DNA of 64,000 nucleotides from Balanoglossus misakiensis. Taxonomy: Eukaryota > Animalia > Hemichordata. Under the pieces are notes generated by a model. That model was given only the letters and a program-made list of their open reading frames with translations, had not been told where the DNA came from and searched no databases. Positions 41,023 to 51,600 of this stretch are shown here, piece after piece (positions within the stretch are counted from its first letter, which is position 1; each line of letters starts with the position of its first letter). A program made the translations under genes and the position numbers. Location of the stretch: the NCBI GenBank assembly GCA_040954595.2, contig CM082590.2, forward strand, positions 1,860,001 through 1,924,000, in the 5' to 3' direction.

Positions 41023-42120
41023 ATGACGACGAAGATCGCCAGAAGCAGACGACAACGAGCATCGACATCATCGACATCATCAGTGCCTAAGATCGAGTCA
41101 GAACTGACTCACATGGAAAAACTGGCGAAGGATGAATTTGGCCTGTCCGAAGACACTGTCACATGCCTGGTTCAAAATGGCTTCACTACCTTTCGCGCCT
41201 TGAAGGCGATGCTTGAACAGGACCTTCGCGATATAGACATTTTGCCCGGACAACGCTGCCTACTTCGTGAAGCAGTCAATTCTCTGCATGCTGGTACGCA
41301 GACATCACCAAGGGGGAAAATGGAGCCTCCCTTAAGCGTCTCTCCACAACCCATCAATTCTTCCCCAAAGTTTGTGGACACGGGCATGACAGGGGCCACC
41401 ACCAACTCATCCTTGGCCGATGCGGCTTCTACTAAACGCAAGTCTGATGTACCTTCACCACAAGAACTGGACAGTCTCGAGCAGTTACTCAGTCGTCTTC
41501 CCGTTTCTTCCCAGAAACACAACACTGGTGAGTGCTCACATAGTAACATTTGTAAACCCACCATTTTCGCGCCTAAACGACGCACTGTACCACGACCTCA
41601 TGAGTTCATACGTCTGGATAATGGCAAACAAGCCAAAGAATTTGACGAAATTAACTGGGCCCAGTTCTGGGAAGGAAACATGAAAATTCTTGGCATTCTG
41701 GTTGACCAGTCCTCCGACGAAATCGAAGGTTATATACAGCACCTGACTTTTATCGCCAGCAAAGCGAACAAATACAAGGCAAGTGCCTGTATGCTGTACG
41801 ATAACAAGTACCGTGACGACATCGAATGTACTGGCGCAAAATGGGGCCCCTCCAATTCCGACGCCAATAACGTCGCCTTTGGACCAAGCGACACCCTTAC
41901 CAGGCTTCGCGATCGCAAGGACAAAGACAAACAGTCCGGTCGCGGAAAAAAGGATGAAGAAAAACTTAAACCGTGCATTCGTTACAACACCGCTCAGTGC
42001 TACTCTGCAGGTTGCAGATATACCCACGCATGCCTGCTGTGCAATGAGATAGGACACCGTAAGGATGACTGCACGGCATATGCCAAAAAATCGACAGACA
42101 AGAAGAAAACGGAGAAGTGA
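41023..42120 (+). CDS. Ngaro Gag-like protein with an N-terminal SAM-like domain and C-terminal CCCH and zinc-knuckle motifs
   Basis: 365 aa. LVQNGFTTFRALKAMLEQDLRDIDILPGQRCLLREAVNSL fits the SAM pattern. CIRYNTAQCYSAGCRYTH and CLLCNEIGHRKDDC are the zinc-binding motifs. Confidence 0.88.
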   Translation: MTTKIARSRRQRASTSSTSSVPKIESELTHMEKLAKDEFGLSEDTVTCLVQNGFTTFRALKAMLEQDLRDIDILPGQRCLLREAVNSLHAGTQTSPRGKMEPPLSVSPQPINSSPKFVDTGMTGATTNSSLADAASTKRKSDVPSPQELDSLEQLLSRLPVSSQKHNTGECSHSNICKPTIFAPKRRTVPRPHEFIRLDNGKQAKEFDEINWAQFWEGNMKILGILVDQSSDEIEGYIQHLTFIASKANKYKASACMLYDNKYRDDIECTGAKWGPSNSDANNVAFGPSDTLTRLRDRKDKDKQSGRGKKDEEKLKPCIRYNTAQCYSAGCRYTHACLLCNEIGHRKDDCTAYAKKSTDKKKTEK

Positions 42121-43929
42121 ACTTTTCCAGGTAATATTTCAAACAAGTCTGTGTCTACTTGTTTGGATCATACGTGTACCGCTGTTATTGATGATGACAT
42201 TAACGAAAACACCGCTGTGTTGGGCCTCCCGCCTGAAGTTAACCAAAATGCTACATTGTATAAACACTTTGATACTTTTTCTTCGCCCGCCGGCGCCAAT
42301 GTTTCAGCCGCTGCTGATATGAACAGTTGTTCTACGTTGCCATGGTCGCAACTAAATACCCGAGCATGGGAAATTGAACTTGCTGAGGATCCGGACAGGG
42401 ATTTCTTACTTGATGGCATTCGTCATGGCTTCAAACTTGTCGACGATGATGCTCATATTGAAAGTTATGAATGCAATAATTACAGGTCAGCAACAAGTGC
42501 TGACACCAAACCCAGACTAGACAAACTACTTTTATCAGAACTTGAACAAGGCAAAATTGCTTGCTGCGGGTCCAAGAAACCGCTTTGTGTTCACGCTTAT
42601 GGTGCTGTTCCAAAAAAGGACTCCGATGAACCTCGTCCAATAACGGACTGCTCTAGACCACTGGGCAGATCAATAAATGATCACATGTCTCCTCCAAAAA
42701 TCAGTTATAACTCTATGGACGATGTGACGTCATGCATGACAAAAGATTGTTACTTTGCAATAGTTGACATTTCCAAGGCCTACAGGTCAATTCCTGTTCA
42801 CCCGAAACACCGTACTTTACAAGGGTTCAAATGGATATTTGGGCCCCATGATGCCAAGCGGTATTCCTATTACGTAGACAATTGTTTGTGCTTTGGACTT
42901 TCATGTGCACCCAGCATTTTTACTCGTATTTCAGACGCTGTTACGCGTATGATGAGGAAACGTGGTTTTACGATTATTAACTATTTAGATGACTTTCTCC
43001 TGGTTGGGAAATCGCGGAGTGACTGTTTACAGGCACAGCATGAACTCATCCGGCTGTTGCGTCGCCTTGGTTTCTTCATCAGCTGGTCCAAAGTGCGTGG
43101 CCCCTCACAGACTATTACCTTTCTTGGTATTGAACTGGATTCGGTAACCATGGAAGTTAGGCTGCCACATGATAAACTTGAACGTTTACAATCTGAATTG
43201 AACATGTTTTCTTCAAAACGTAAAGTTACAAAGAGACAGTTACAGTCTTTGGTTGGCGTTTTATCATTTGCATCTACTGTTGTGAGAGGTGGTCGCACTT
43301 TCACAAGGCGTATAATAGATTTGATGAACAAACTTAAACGCCCTCATCACAAAATAAGAATCACTACTGAGTTCCGCAAAGACTTAATGTGGTGGTCAAA
43401 CTTTGCTGAACGTTTCAATGGCAAAGCAAAAATCATCAACAAGGAGCCTATTCCGCAGTGTTGTCTACAAACGGACGTCTCGTTTTCAGGATATGGTGCT
43501 TATTTCGACGGTGACTGGATAGCAGGGGCATGGCACCAAGATGCAGTTCCCCTTCCCCATGGAATAGAGGACCTCCCTTGGTGGAACACCGCGCAGATTC
43601 CTGTTGAGTTGTCAAATAACATTAACTACTTGGAACTTCTTCCCATTTTACTTGCTGCACGGAAATGGTGCAAGAACTGGGAAAATCAACGTGTCGTAAT
43701 TTACTCAGACAATACACAGACAATTTCCTTTATTAACAAAGGCACATGTCACAATGCATTTGCAATGGAGTGGCTACGCGAGTTATTTTGGTTATCAGCC
43801 ACCCATAATTTTCACATTACCGCCCGTCATATTAGGGGTGTTGACAATGTATTTGCTGATGCTCTCTCTCGCTTATGTGAGCCAAAACAGTGGCAGCGTT
43901 TTCAAACACTTACTATGTTGTCACATTAA
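42121..43929 (+). CDS. Ngaro reverse transcriptase / RNase H
   Basis: DISKAY, LCFGLSCAP, NYLDDF, TD.S..GYGA, YLELL, YSDN and N..ADALSR motifs. The frame is open from immediately after the gag TGA (same frame as gag). Confidence 0.95.
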   Translation, partial: TFPGNISNKSVSTCLDHTCTAVIDDDINENTAVLGLPPEVNQNATLYKHFDTFSSPAGANVSAAADMNSCSTLPWSQLNTRAWEIELAEDPDRDFLLDGIRHGFKLVDDDAHIESYECNNYRSATSADTKPRLDKLLLSELEQGKIACCGSKKPLCVHAYGAVPKKDSDEPRPITDCSRPLGRSINDHMSPPKISYNSMDDVTSCMTKDCYFAIVDISKAYRSIPVHPKHRTLQGFKWIFGPHDAKRYSYYVDNCLCFGLSCAPSIFTRISDAVTRMMRKRGFTIINYLDDFLLVGKSRSDCLQAQHELIRLLRRLGFFISWSKVRGPSQTITFLGIELDSVTMEVRLPHDKLERLQSELNMFSSKRKVTKRQLQSLVGVLSFASTVVRGGRTFTRRIIDLMNKLKRPHHKIRITTEFRKDLMWWSNFAERFNGKAKIINKEPIPQCCLQTDVSFSGYGAYFDGDWIAGAWHQDAVPLPHGIEDLPWWNTAQIPVELSNNINYLELLPILLAARKWCKNWENQRVVIYSDNTQTISFINKGTCHNAFAMEWLRELFWLSATHNFHITARHIRGVDNVFADALSRLCEPKQWQRFQTLTMLSH

Positions 43930-44927
43930 TTTGCTTCATTTCAGAGAGTTTCAGCAGAGAGCTCTACCAAGAATGGATTACCTTCAGACAGAACGCTGAT
44001 GCTCCGTCATCAACAATTACCCGAAAGTCTCAGTGGAAGTCTTTCCTTCTGTTTTGCGTTAGACTACAACAAACTCCTCTTCCAGCCTCTGTGGAACTGG
44101 TTTGCCTGTACTTAGTATACCTTGCTAGGGACAGAAAGTACTCATCTATTATCAACTATCTGAGTGCTGTGCGTAAATTACACCTTGAGTTTGGGTTTGC
44201 AGACCCACATTTTAATGAGTCGTACCTTGTCAAGTGTACTCTGAAAGGAATTCGCCGGATTTTAGGTGATATTCCTTCTAGGAAACTGGCTATTACTCCG
44301 TGCATCCTTCAAAGTATGTATTCAGTTGTAAATGTCTTTTTGCCTACCAACTCAGGGTTTTGGGCTGCTATTTTGACGGGTTTCCACACATTTTTTCGGA
44401 AATCCAATCTCGTTCCCCCATCAGCGGGAAAGTACGATATTGACATACACTTGTCCAGAGGGGATATTTCTATTTTTGGGTGGGGTATGGTAGTTCGAGC
44501 TAAATGGACCAAAACCATCCAATTTCACGAGCGTACCCTCCTGGTCCCTGTCGTCCGTACATCAGGGTCACCTCTATGTGCAGTGGCTGCTGTTGAATAC
44601 CACTTTAATCAGTTTCCTGCAGATTCACAGTCGCCGGCCTTCCTCACTTTAGACGGGCGTCAAACCAAAGTCATTAGCCATGCAATGTTTGCAAAGGTGC
44701 TCCATAAATGGGTCAGTTTGTCAGGTTTTGATGCAACTCAATATTCTGGGCACAGTCTTCGTCGGGGAGGGGCTACTTTTGCACACCAGTGTGGAGCATC
44801 ATTAGAAATGATCCAGCTGCAGGGGGATTGGTCGTCCATGGCAGCGCTTGTGTACTTGGCCCGCCCTTTCCGTCAACGCACACAAGTAGCTCAAATGGTC
44901 TCCCATGGGCTGGGTACAATGGTTTAG
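43890..44927 (+). CDS. Ngaro tyrosine recombinase
   Basis: FFRKSNL, TKTIQ, GHSLRRGGAT and GDWSS....Y give the R-K-H-R-W-Y catalytic set. It overlaps the end of the RT ORF and has no ATG near its start. Confidence 0.95.
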   Translation: MAAFSNTYYVVTLICFISESFSRELYQEWITFRQNADAPSSTITRKSQWKSFLLFCVRLQQTPLPASVELVCLYLVYLARDRKYSSIINYLSAVRKLHLEFGFADPHFNESYLVKCTLKGIRRILGDIPSRKLAITPCILQSMYSVVNVFLPTNSGFWAAILTGFHTFFRKSNLVPPSAGKYDIDIHLSRGDISIFGWGMVVRAKWTKTIQFHERTLLVPVVRTSGSPLCAVAAVEYHFNQFPADSQSPAFLTLDGRQTKVISHAMFAKVLHKWVSLSGFDATQYSGHSLRRGGATFAHQCGASLEMIQLQGDWSSMAALVYLARPFRQRTQVAQMVSHGLGTMV

Positions 44928-45641
44928 ATGTTGATAGTGTGATATCTCGTTGGTTGTTTATTGCTGCTTGTTTGTTTGTTTGTTTTTTCCCCCTTTTGTT
45001 TTTATCGGGGGCCTTTTGCTTGGCGCCTGTAGTGGGGTATCCTTTGGTATCCCCACTACAGGTGACCAGTGTTTTACTGCAACACTGTGTCTGTTTGTTG
45101 TGTTTATTTACTACCTTCAGCTTAGCTTCGAAAGGAGAATTATGAGTAGTATAAGCTTGCTTATAATATTATAATTAGCCAGAGCCTGTACGCATGCGCA
45201 CTTAGTTTCCTGCATTCATTCGAATTCTCCACAGCCAGTGCAGCATGCAGTGTTACCTGTAAGTTTCTTGATGTTGAGATTGAATAAAACCCACCCACCC
45301 TACCCGGCGCCTGTAGTGGGGTATCCTTTGGTATCCCCACTACAGGTGACCAGTGTTTTACTGCAACACTGTGTCTGTTTGTTGTGTTTATTTACTACCT
45401 TCAGCTTAGCTTCGAAAGGAGAATTATCGTATTAAAAAAGTCAACTCCACTTCCAAACAACAAATATTGTTATATAGGAAAGTTTGAAGATTCATATTTG
45501 AAATTTGTTTACTGGTTTTTGGCTTGCCACTTTGGGATTTGCTGATGTGCTAGAATTGCCTCAAACTAATGGATTGAATGCATTGTTAATATCATTAACA
45601 GGAGAACAGGTTTGCTAAATGCACCGTTTGCGATGACTTAA

Positions 45642-46436
45642 GATGGGTCCCTAGGATCTTTTTGCTCGTTGCTATGGGCCTTTATAGGACACTACACTCA
45701 ATTTTGATCGAAACCGTTATGAACGTCCGACAAGGGGCTTGTAACTAGTTAAAAATACACACGATTGTGTGCACACCCCCTGTCTGAGTATGTTTACGGC
45801 AGCTACCGCCCGGCCATAGGCCGCCACGCTAATACGGCAAAGCAGCGGTCAGCGATAGCGTGCGCGTCCTGTAACCACAGTAACTGGGTCGAACGCTAAA
45901 AATCCAATGTTTTGTACACAGAGATTTTGTACCGTTCACGAAAATCCCTAAGGCTTTTTTCACAGGCGACGTAGGCCAGCCAAATTTGACCTGCTTGTTG
46001 AGAACGCACTTCCGCATAGTGTGACGGATCGTTTTTTCGGTTTTCGTCGTGCTAAGAAGCGATACCAGTGGAAGAGTGCGTCCAAAAACGCCCAAAATCG
46101 ATGACTTTTTCAGGTGTGGTACGGGTATGCTGAAATCGTAGGATACAACGATAATATTCGAAAACAAAATCCGTCACGATCTTCCCTGGTTCAAGCAACT
46201 AATGAATACGTATCAAGTTCGTTTTTGAGGTCACGGAATAAAAAGCCTTAGGCTTTTGAAATTTGACCTAACTAATTTGCATACCAATGGCGTCAGGGGG
46301 CGCGCGCTCACAATCGTGCGTATTTTTAACTAGTTACCAGCCCCTTGTTAGACTCTGAAAACGGCTTAGTCCAAATCGGGGTGTAATGTCCTATAAAGGC
46401 CCATAGCAACGGGCAAAAAGATCCTAGGGACCCATC
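45642..46436. mobile_element. Kolobok-type non-autonomous element inserted in exon 6
   Basis: TTAA TSD (45638-45641, 46437-46440). Imperfect ~140-bp TIRs begin GATGGGTCCCTAGGATC, a purine start rather than the piggyBac CC. The empty site GACTTAAAAAGAG is at ~50121 and ~53809. Confidence 0.88.
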
Positions 46437-48519
46437 TTAAAAAGAGCTTATGCAAAAGCAAAAGATCCAGCTCGAAAAGTTCAAGTAAAGGATGATTTAA
46501 AAATGCACCTTGATCATCAACAGTAAGTATACAATATTACTGTCTAGGGTTTATCCTTAGTTTGGCTGTAAATGGAATTACCATAAAACCCCTATTGATT
46601 CAACCATTCCCTTTACCTGGATAATTTCTGTTTCATTTACTAATTCAACAGCCTGAGTTCAATAATCACATGAAGTAACCATGATACCTCAACATGTTTG
46701 TGTGACCTTTGACTTTCTTTTGTCATCACCAACACATGCTGTCCTGGAACTTGCTTTAGACTGGGCGTATTTGCATAGCTATTGTTTGTACTTTTGGTCA
46801 GTTGATAAACAATGCTTGTCATGCAGCGACACTAATCGCAAAATGGTTGAAAACAATTTATTGCAGACATGAAAGAGAAGTATACTATGGTAAAATCAGC
46901 AGGTCCATTAGTGAACCATGGCAATACCTGAGTATAATCATTGATGGGATGGATCAAAATAAAACCACCCTACCCCACTTCCAAAAAATTACCAAGGTTA
47001 GTAGAAAGAACTGCTAAAGTAGGAGATTTCCAAGTGGTAATGCATGGTTATCACATTCAATCTTTATGTAGTGATTCCGGTAAACACTAAAAAATTATTG
47101 TAGTTTTCTTGAAATTTTACAAAAGTTCATTGAATAAAAGTTTTCAAAAATATCAAGGAAACACCATATCACAGTTTTTGGTTTGTGGTTGAATTTGTTG
47201 ATGTATTTTTCAAGGCAAAACATTGGGAGGGTGATACTTGTAGAAATATCTCCATTATTTGGCTTGTGATCTCAGATAACTTCCATATTTAAAAGGAAAG
47301 TACCTGCAAAATTTTGCCTATTTTTCCAGTATTGTTGTGTTGCTCTGGTATTTAGATGTATCCTCAGGCTAAATTGAACATTGCACTTCCAAACAGGGAA
47401 GTATATAAATATTGCTATGAATGACACGCTGTAAACCTTTTTAAAAAAGACGTATGTCATGTATATGGTAAAGGTTAGCATTCGTTTGAATTTGATTTGA
47501 TAGAAATATGCAAATCTGTGATCTGGTGATAATGAATGATTTTCATGTTTACTATTATTTATATCATTATTACTTCTAGGAAAATATTGCAACTTGGAAG
47601 CTTCGTACGCATGTTACTGGTGTCTTAGTTCATGGGGAAGGCGTGTGCTTTGCTTTTATTGACACTCCGATGTGGCCACATGACAGTAACCTCACATGCA
47701 ACATGCTAACCTACACTCTGAATCGAGTGGCAAAGGTAATTTGGCATTTATATCAATCCAAAGAATTTTAAAAACTTCCTTAAACATTAAAGAAACTCTC
47801 CATTGATGAATTCAAAATCAGGAATCTCTCCTAAAGCACATCACAAAGGTGTTGCTCTTGCTAGTTTGACAGAGTACCTGTTTAGTAATTGGGCTTCACG
47901 TGATTAGCTAAAGACAGGTCAAAGGTCATCGTCAAATAACAGGCTCACAAAAATAATGTAAAACCTTTTATCAGTCTTTCATTTCATATCAAACCCACTT
48001 GACTCTTACAATTCAAACTCTGAAATGGCTTCATCTACTCCTATGCTAACGAGAGCTTCATCTACATGTACTGTCTTCAGTGTAGACAAGACATCATCTA
48101 CTTCTGTTTTCCTTTCAAATACTTGTCTGCATTTTACATGGCTATATCTACAACAATTCACCACTGCCCAATACATCAATGACTAAGTGCCCAAGTGGTA
48201 AACTGAAAACTTGTGATGTACTCAATTATTTATTGGGGGGGGGGGGGTCAGTACTCAAGTATACTTGATTATTTATTGCAGTAATTTGACAAAGTTCCAT
48301 CACCTGACCAACTTTCACTTTTCTGTTTTATTTTGTACTTGGGTTATTGTGCTTTCATGTAGTAGGTGTTTTTTAGCCCAAACTTCTTCACTTACATGTA
48401 GGTATGAAAACTTACATTTTATGACTCGAACAATGGCTAATCCATTGCTAATTAATTATTTTACCCATCCATTGCTTTGAGCTATCATGTTTTGTTAGTC
48501 TATTGTAATTGATTAACAC

Positions 48520-48605
48520 TAGTCTAGTATCTAGCCATATTTTGTCCGCTTTGCTTCCAATACTTTTGGAAGCAAAGCGGACAAATACGGCTAGATACTA
48601 GACTA
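48520..48605. mobile_element. 86-bp palindromic MITE (copies also at 52208-52293 and 55893-55978)
   Basis: TAGTCTAGTATCTAGCC..TGTCCGCTTTGCTTCCAA / TTGGAAGCAAAGCGGACA..GGCTAGATACTAGACTA. Confidence 0.8.
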
Positions 48606-51600
48606 AATTTCTCGATGCTTATATGTTCTATTTTCAGAAGTATAACTACAAATTGCCAGAAATCCTATACTTACAAATGGACAACTGCTGGCGTGAATGC
48701 AAAAACCGGTATGTGTTTGCCATGGCTGCACTTTTAGTCATGAGAGGAGTTTTCAAAGAGGTAAGTTTTTAATTCTGCTGTCGGTGCCATAGAAATTTAA
48801 AGAATAATGTATGCCCTTATGAGATCGGGTATGTCTGTATGTATGTATGTATGTATGTATGTACCATGTCTGTATGTCCATCCACATCAAAAACTTGAAA
48901 ACCGCTGGGCGTATCACCTTGATATTTGGTGTGCAGATGCAGGCCGGGCTGTAGATGGGAATTTGTTCAAATGCAGTTGCCATTGCCAAAAATATGCAAA
49001 TTAGCTGGAAAAAATGTGAAATTGGTCAAAACTCACTAACTCAACAACTACTGGTCAGATTGATTTGAAAATTGGTATGCATGTACCTTATGTCAAACTC
49101 ATACAGTTCTGCATGTTTTGAGCTAATATCGTGAATTTTCTATTTGTAACGTATTTTTTGGTCTTTTTCCCCATTATTGGTAAAAAATCTTCTGTTCTGA
49201 AAGTAATCGGCCGACTTCTTCTTCTTCTAAAGCTCTGTGTGTGGCTAAAAAGTAGCAGGCTGCCCTGTTTACTCTTATTGGAATATTTTTCAAAAAATAA
49301 CAGTAGACTCAAACTATAGTTTTTCAGGTTTCCACATTACACATGGATTGGTTAACTGCTTTGTGGTGGATATGATAAAAGTAGTTCATGTTTACTTGTA
49401 TGTTAAAATAAAAAAATGATTTGAAGTATTAAAATGTAAGATACACATTTTAAACATGGATTTAACAAATATTTTACTTTCAGCCACAAGTCCCTATAAA
49501 TACCTTGAATGTGATGTTTCTTTTTTTCACTTCACACTATTTTTTTTGTCTGTTTCCAGGTACTATGAATACCTAATAAAACACCGAAATGAACAAGTCA
49601 GTAATGTGTTTCATGGCAACTCAGGTAGACTGAAGCCCCGTCTTGCCAACAGCATCTGTAGGGCATGGTTTCGTCAATATTCCTGGAAAAATGGCGACAA
49701 GATGCCAAACCAGGAAGCGATTCACCTGCCCAGCTGTCTAACAAAAAAGCAGGTTTATGGCCAATATGTCGCAGAGATCAACTCTAAGATGGTCTCTGTG
49801 GTTGGGCAGAGTACTTTTTACGAAATATGGGCTGAACATTTCCCAACAGTCAAGATCCCAAAGGTTAGATAATAGTATCCATCAATATTCAGCATTAAAC
49901 GTCTATTTTTTATCGTATTAAAAAAGTCAACTCCACTTCCAAACAACAAATATTGTTATATAGGAAAGTTTGAAGATTCCTATTTGAAATTTCTTTACTG
50001 GTTTTTGGCTTGCCACTTTGGGATTTGCTGATGTGCTAGAATTGCCTCAAACTAATGGATTGAATGCATTGTTAATATCATTAACAGGAGAACAGGTTTG
50101 CTAAATGCACCGTTTGCGATGACTTAAAAAGAGCTAATGCAAAAGCAAAAGATCCAGCTCGAAAAGTTCAAGTAAAGGATGATTTAAAAATGCACCTTGA
50201 TCATCAACAGTAAGTATACAATATTACTGTCTAGGGTTTATCCTTAGTTTGGCTGTAAATGGAATTACCATAAAACCCCTATTGATTCAACCATTCCCTT
50301 TACCTGGATAATTTCTGTTTCATTTACTAATTCAACAGCCTGAGTTCAATAATCACATGAAGTAACCATGATACCTCAACATGTTTGTGTGACCTTTGAC
50401 TTTCTTTTGTCATCACCAACACATGCTGTCCTGGAACTTGCTTTAGACTGGGCGTATTTGCATAGCTATTGTTTGTACTTTTGGTCAGTTGATAAACAAT
50501 GCTTGTCATGCAGCGACACTAATCGCAAAATGGTTGAAAACAATTTATTGCAGACATGAAAGAGAAGTATACTATGGTAAAATCAGCAGGTCCATTAGTG
50601 AACCATGGCAATACCTGAGTATAATCATTGATGGGATGGATCAAAATAAAACCACCCTACCCCACTTCCAAAAAATTACCAAGGTTAGTAGAAAGAACTG
50701 CTAAAGTAGGAGATTTCCAAGTGGTAATGCATGGTTATCACATTCAATCTTTATGTAGTGATTCCGGTAAACACTAAAAAATTATTGTAGTTTTCTTGAA
50801 ATTTTACAAAAGTTCATTGAATAAAAGTTTTCAAAAATATCAAGGAAACACCATATCACAGTTTTTGGTTTGCGGTTGAATTTGTTGATGTATTTTTCAA
50901 GGCAAAACATTGGGAGGGTGATACTTGTAGAAATATCTCCATTATTTGGCTTGTGATCTCAGATAACTTCCATATTTAAAAGGAAAGTACCTGCAAAATT
51001 TTGCCTATTTTTCCAGTATTGTTGTGTTGCTCTGGTATTTAGATGTATCCTCAGGCTAAATTGAACATTGCACTTCCAAACAGGGAAGTATATAAATATT
51101 GCTATGAATGACACGCTGTAAACCTTTTTAAAAAAGACGTATGTCATGTATATGGTAAAGGTTAGCATTCGTTTGAATTTGATTTGATAGAAATATGCAA
51201 ATCTGTGATCTGGTGATAATGAATGATTTTCATGTTTACTATTATTTATATCATTATTACTTCTAGGAAAATATTGCAACTTGGAAGCTTCGTACGCATG
51301 TTACTGGTGTCTTAGTTCATGGGGAAGGCGTGTGCTTTGCTTTTATTGACACTCCGATGTGGCCACATGACAGTAACCTCACATGCAACATGCTAACCTA
51401 CACTCTGAATCGAGTGGCAAAGGTAATTTGGCATTTATATCAATCCAAAGAATTTTAAAAACTTCCTTAAACATTAAAGAAACTCTCCATTGATGAATTC
51501 AAAATCAGGAATCTCTCCTAAAGCACATCACAAAGGTGTTGCTCTTGCTAGTTTGACAGAGTACCTGTTTAGTAATTGGGCTTCACGTGATTAGCTAAAG

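Larger units (their letters stand above)
40875..45427 (+). mobile_element. Complete Ngaro-type (DIRS order) tyrosine-recombinase retrotransposon
   Basis: Split direct repeats A1 40875-41021, B1 45022-45143, A2 45144-45289 and B2 45306-45427. gag, RT/RNase H and recombinase ORFs are present, with no methyltransferase domain. TTAT core at both ends, and the empty site TTTTTTATCGTATT is seen in copies 2 and 3. Confidence 0.96.

Noticed and set aside
40875-45427. Prophage/integrase island or LTR retrotransposon
   Set aside because: A1-B1-A2-B2 split direct repeats with RT/RNase H and a tyrosine recombinase are diagnostic of Ngaro/PAT. There is no DDE integrase or protease.
41172-45435. Antisense and alternative-frame ORFs inside the Ngaro element, including 44789-45145 and 45238-45435
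   Set aside because: They are shadows of the real ORFs or translations of the terminal repeats, with no recognisable motifs.
45642-46436. piggyBac assignment because of the TTAA TSD
   Set aside because: The TIRs begin with purines (GA), not CC/CA, which fits Kolobok better.
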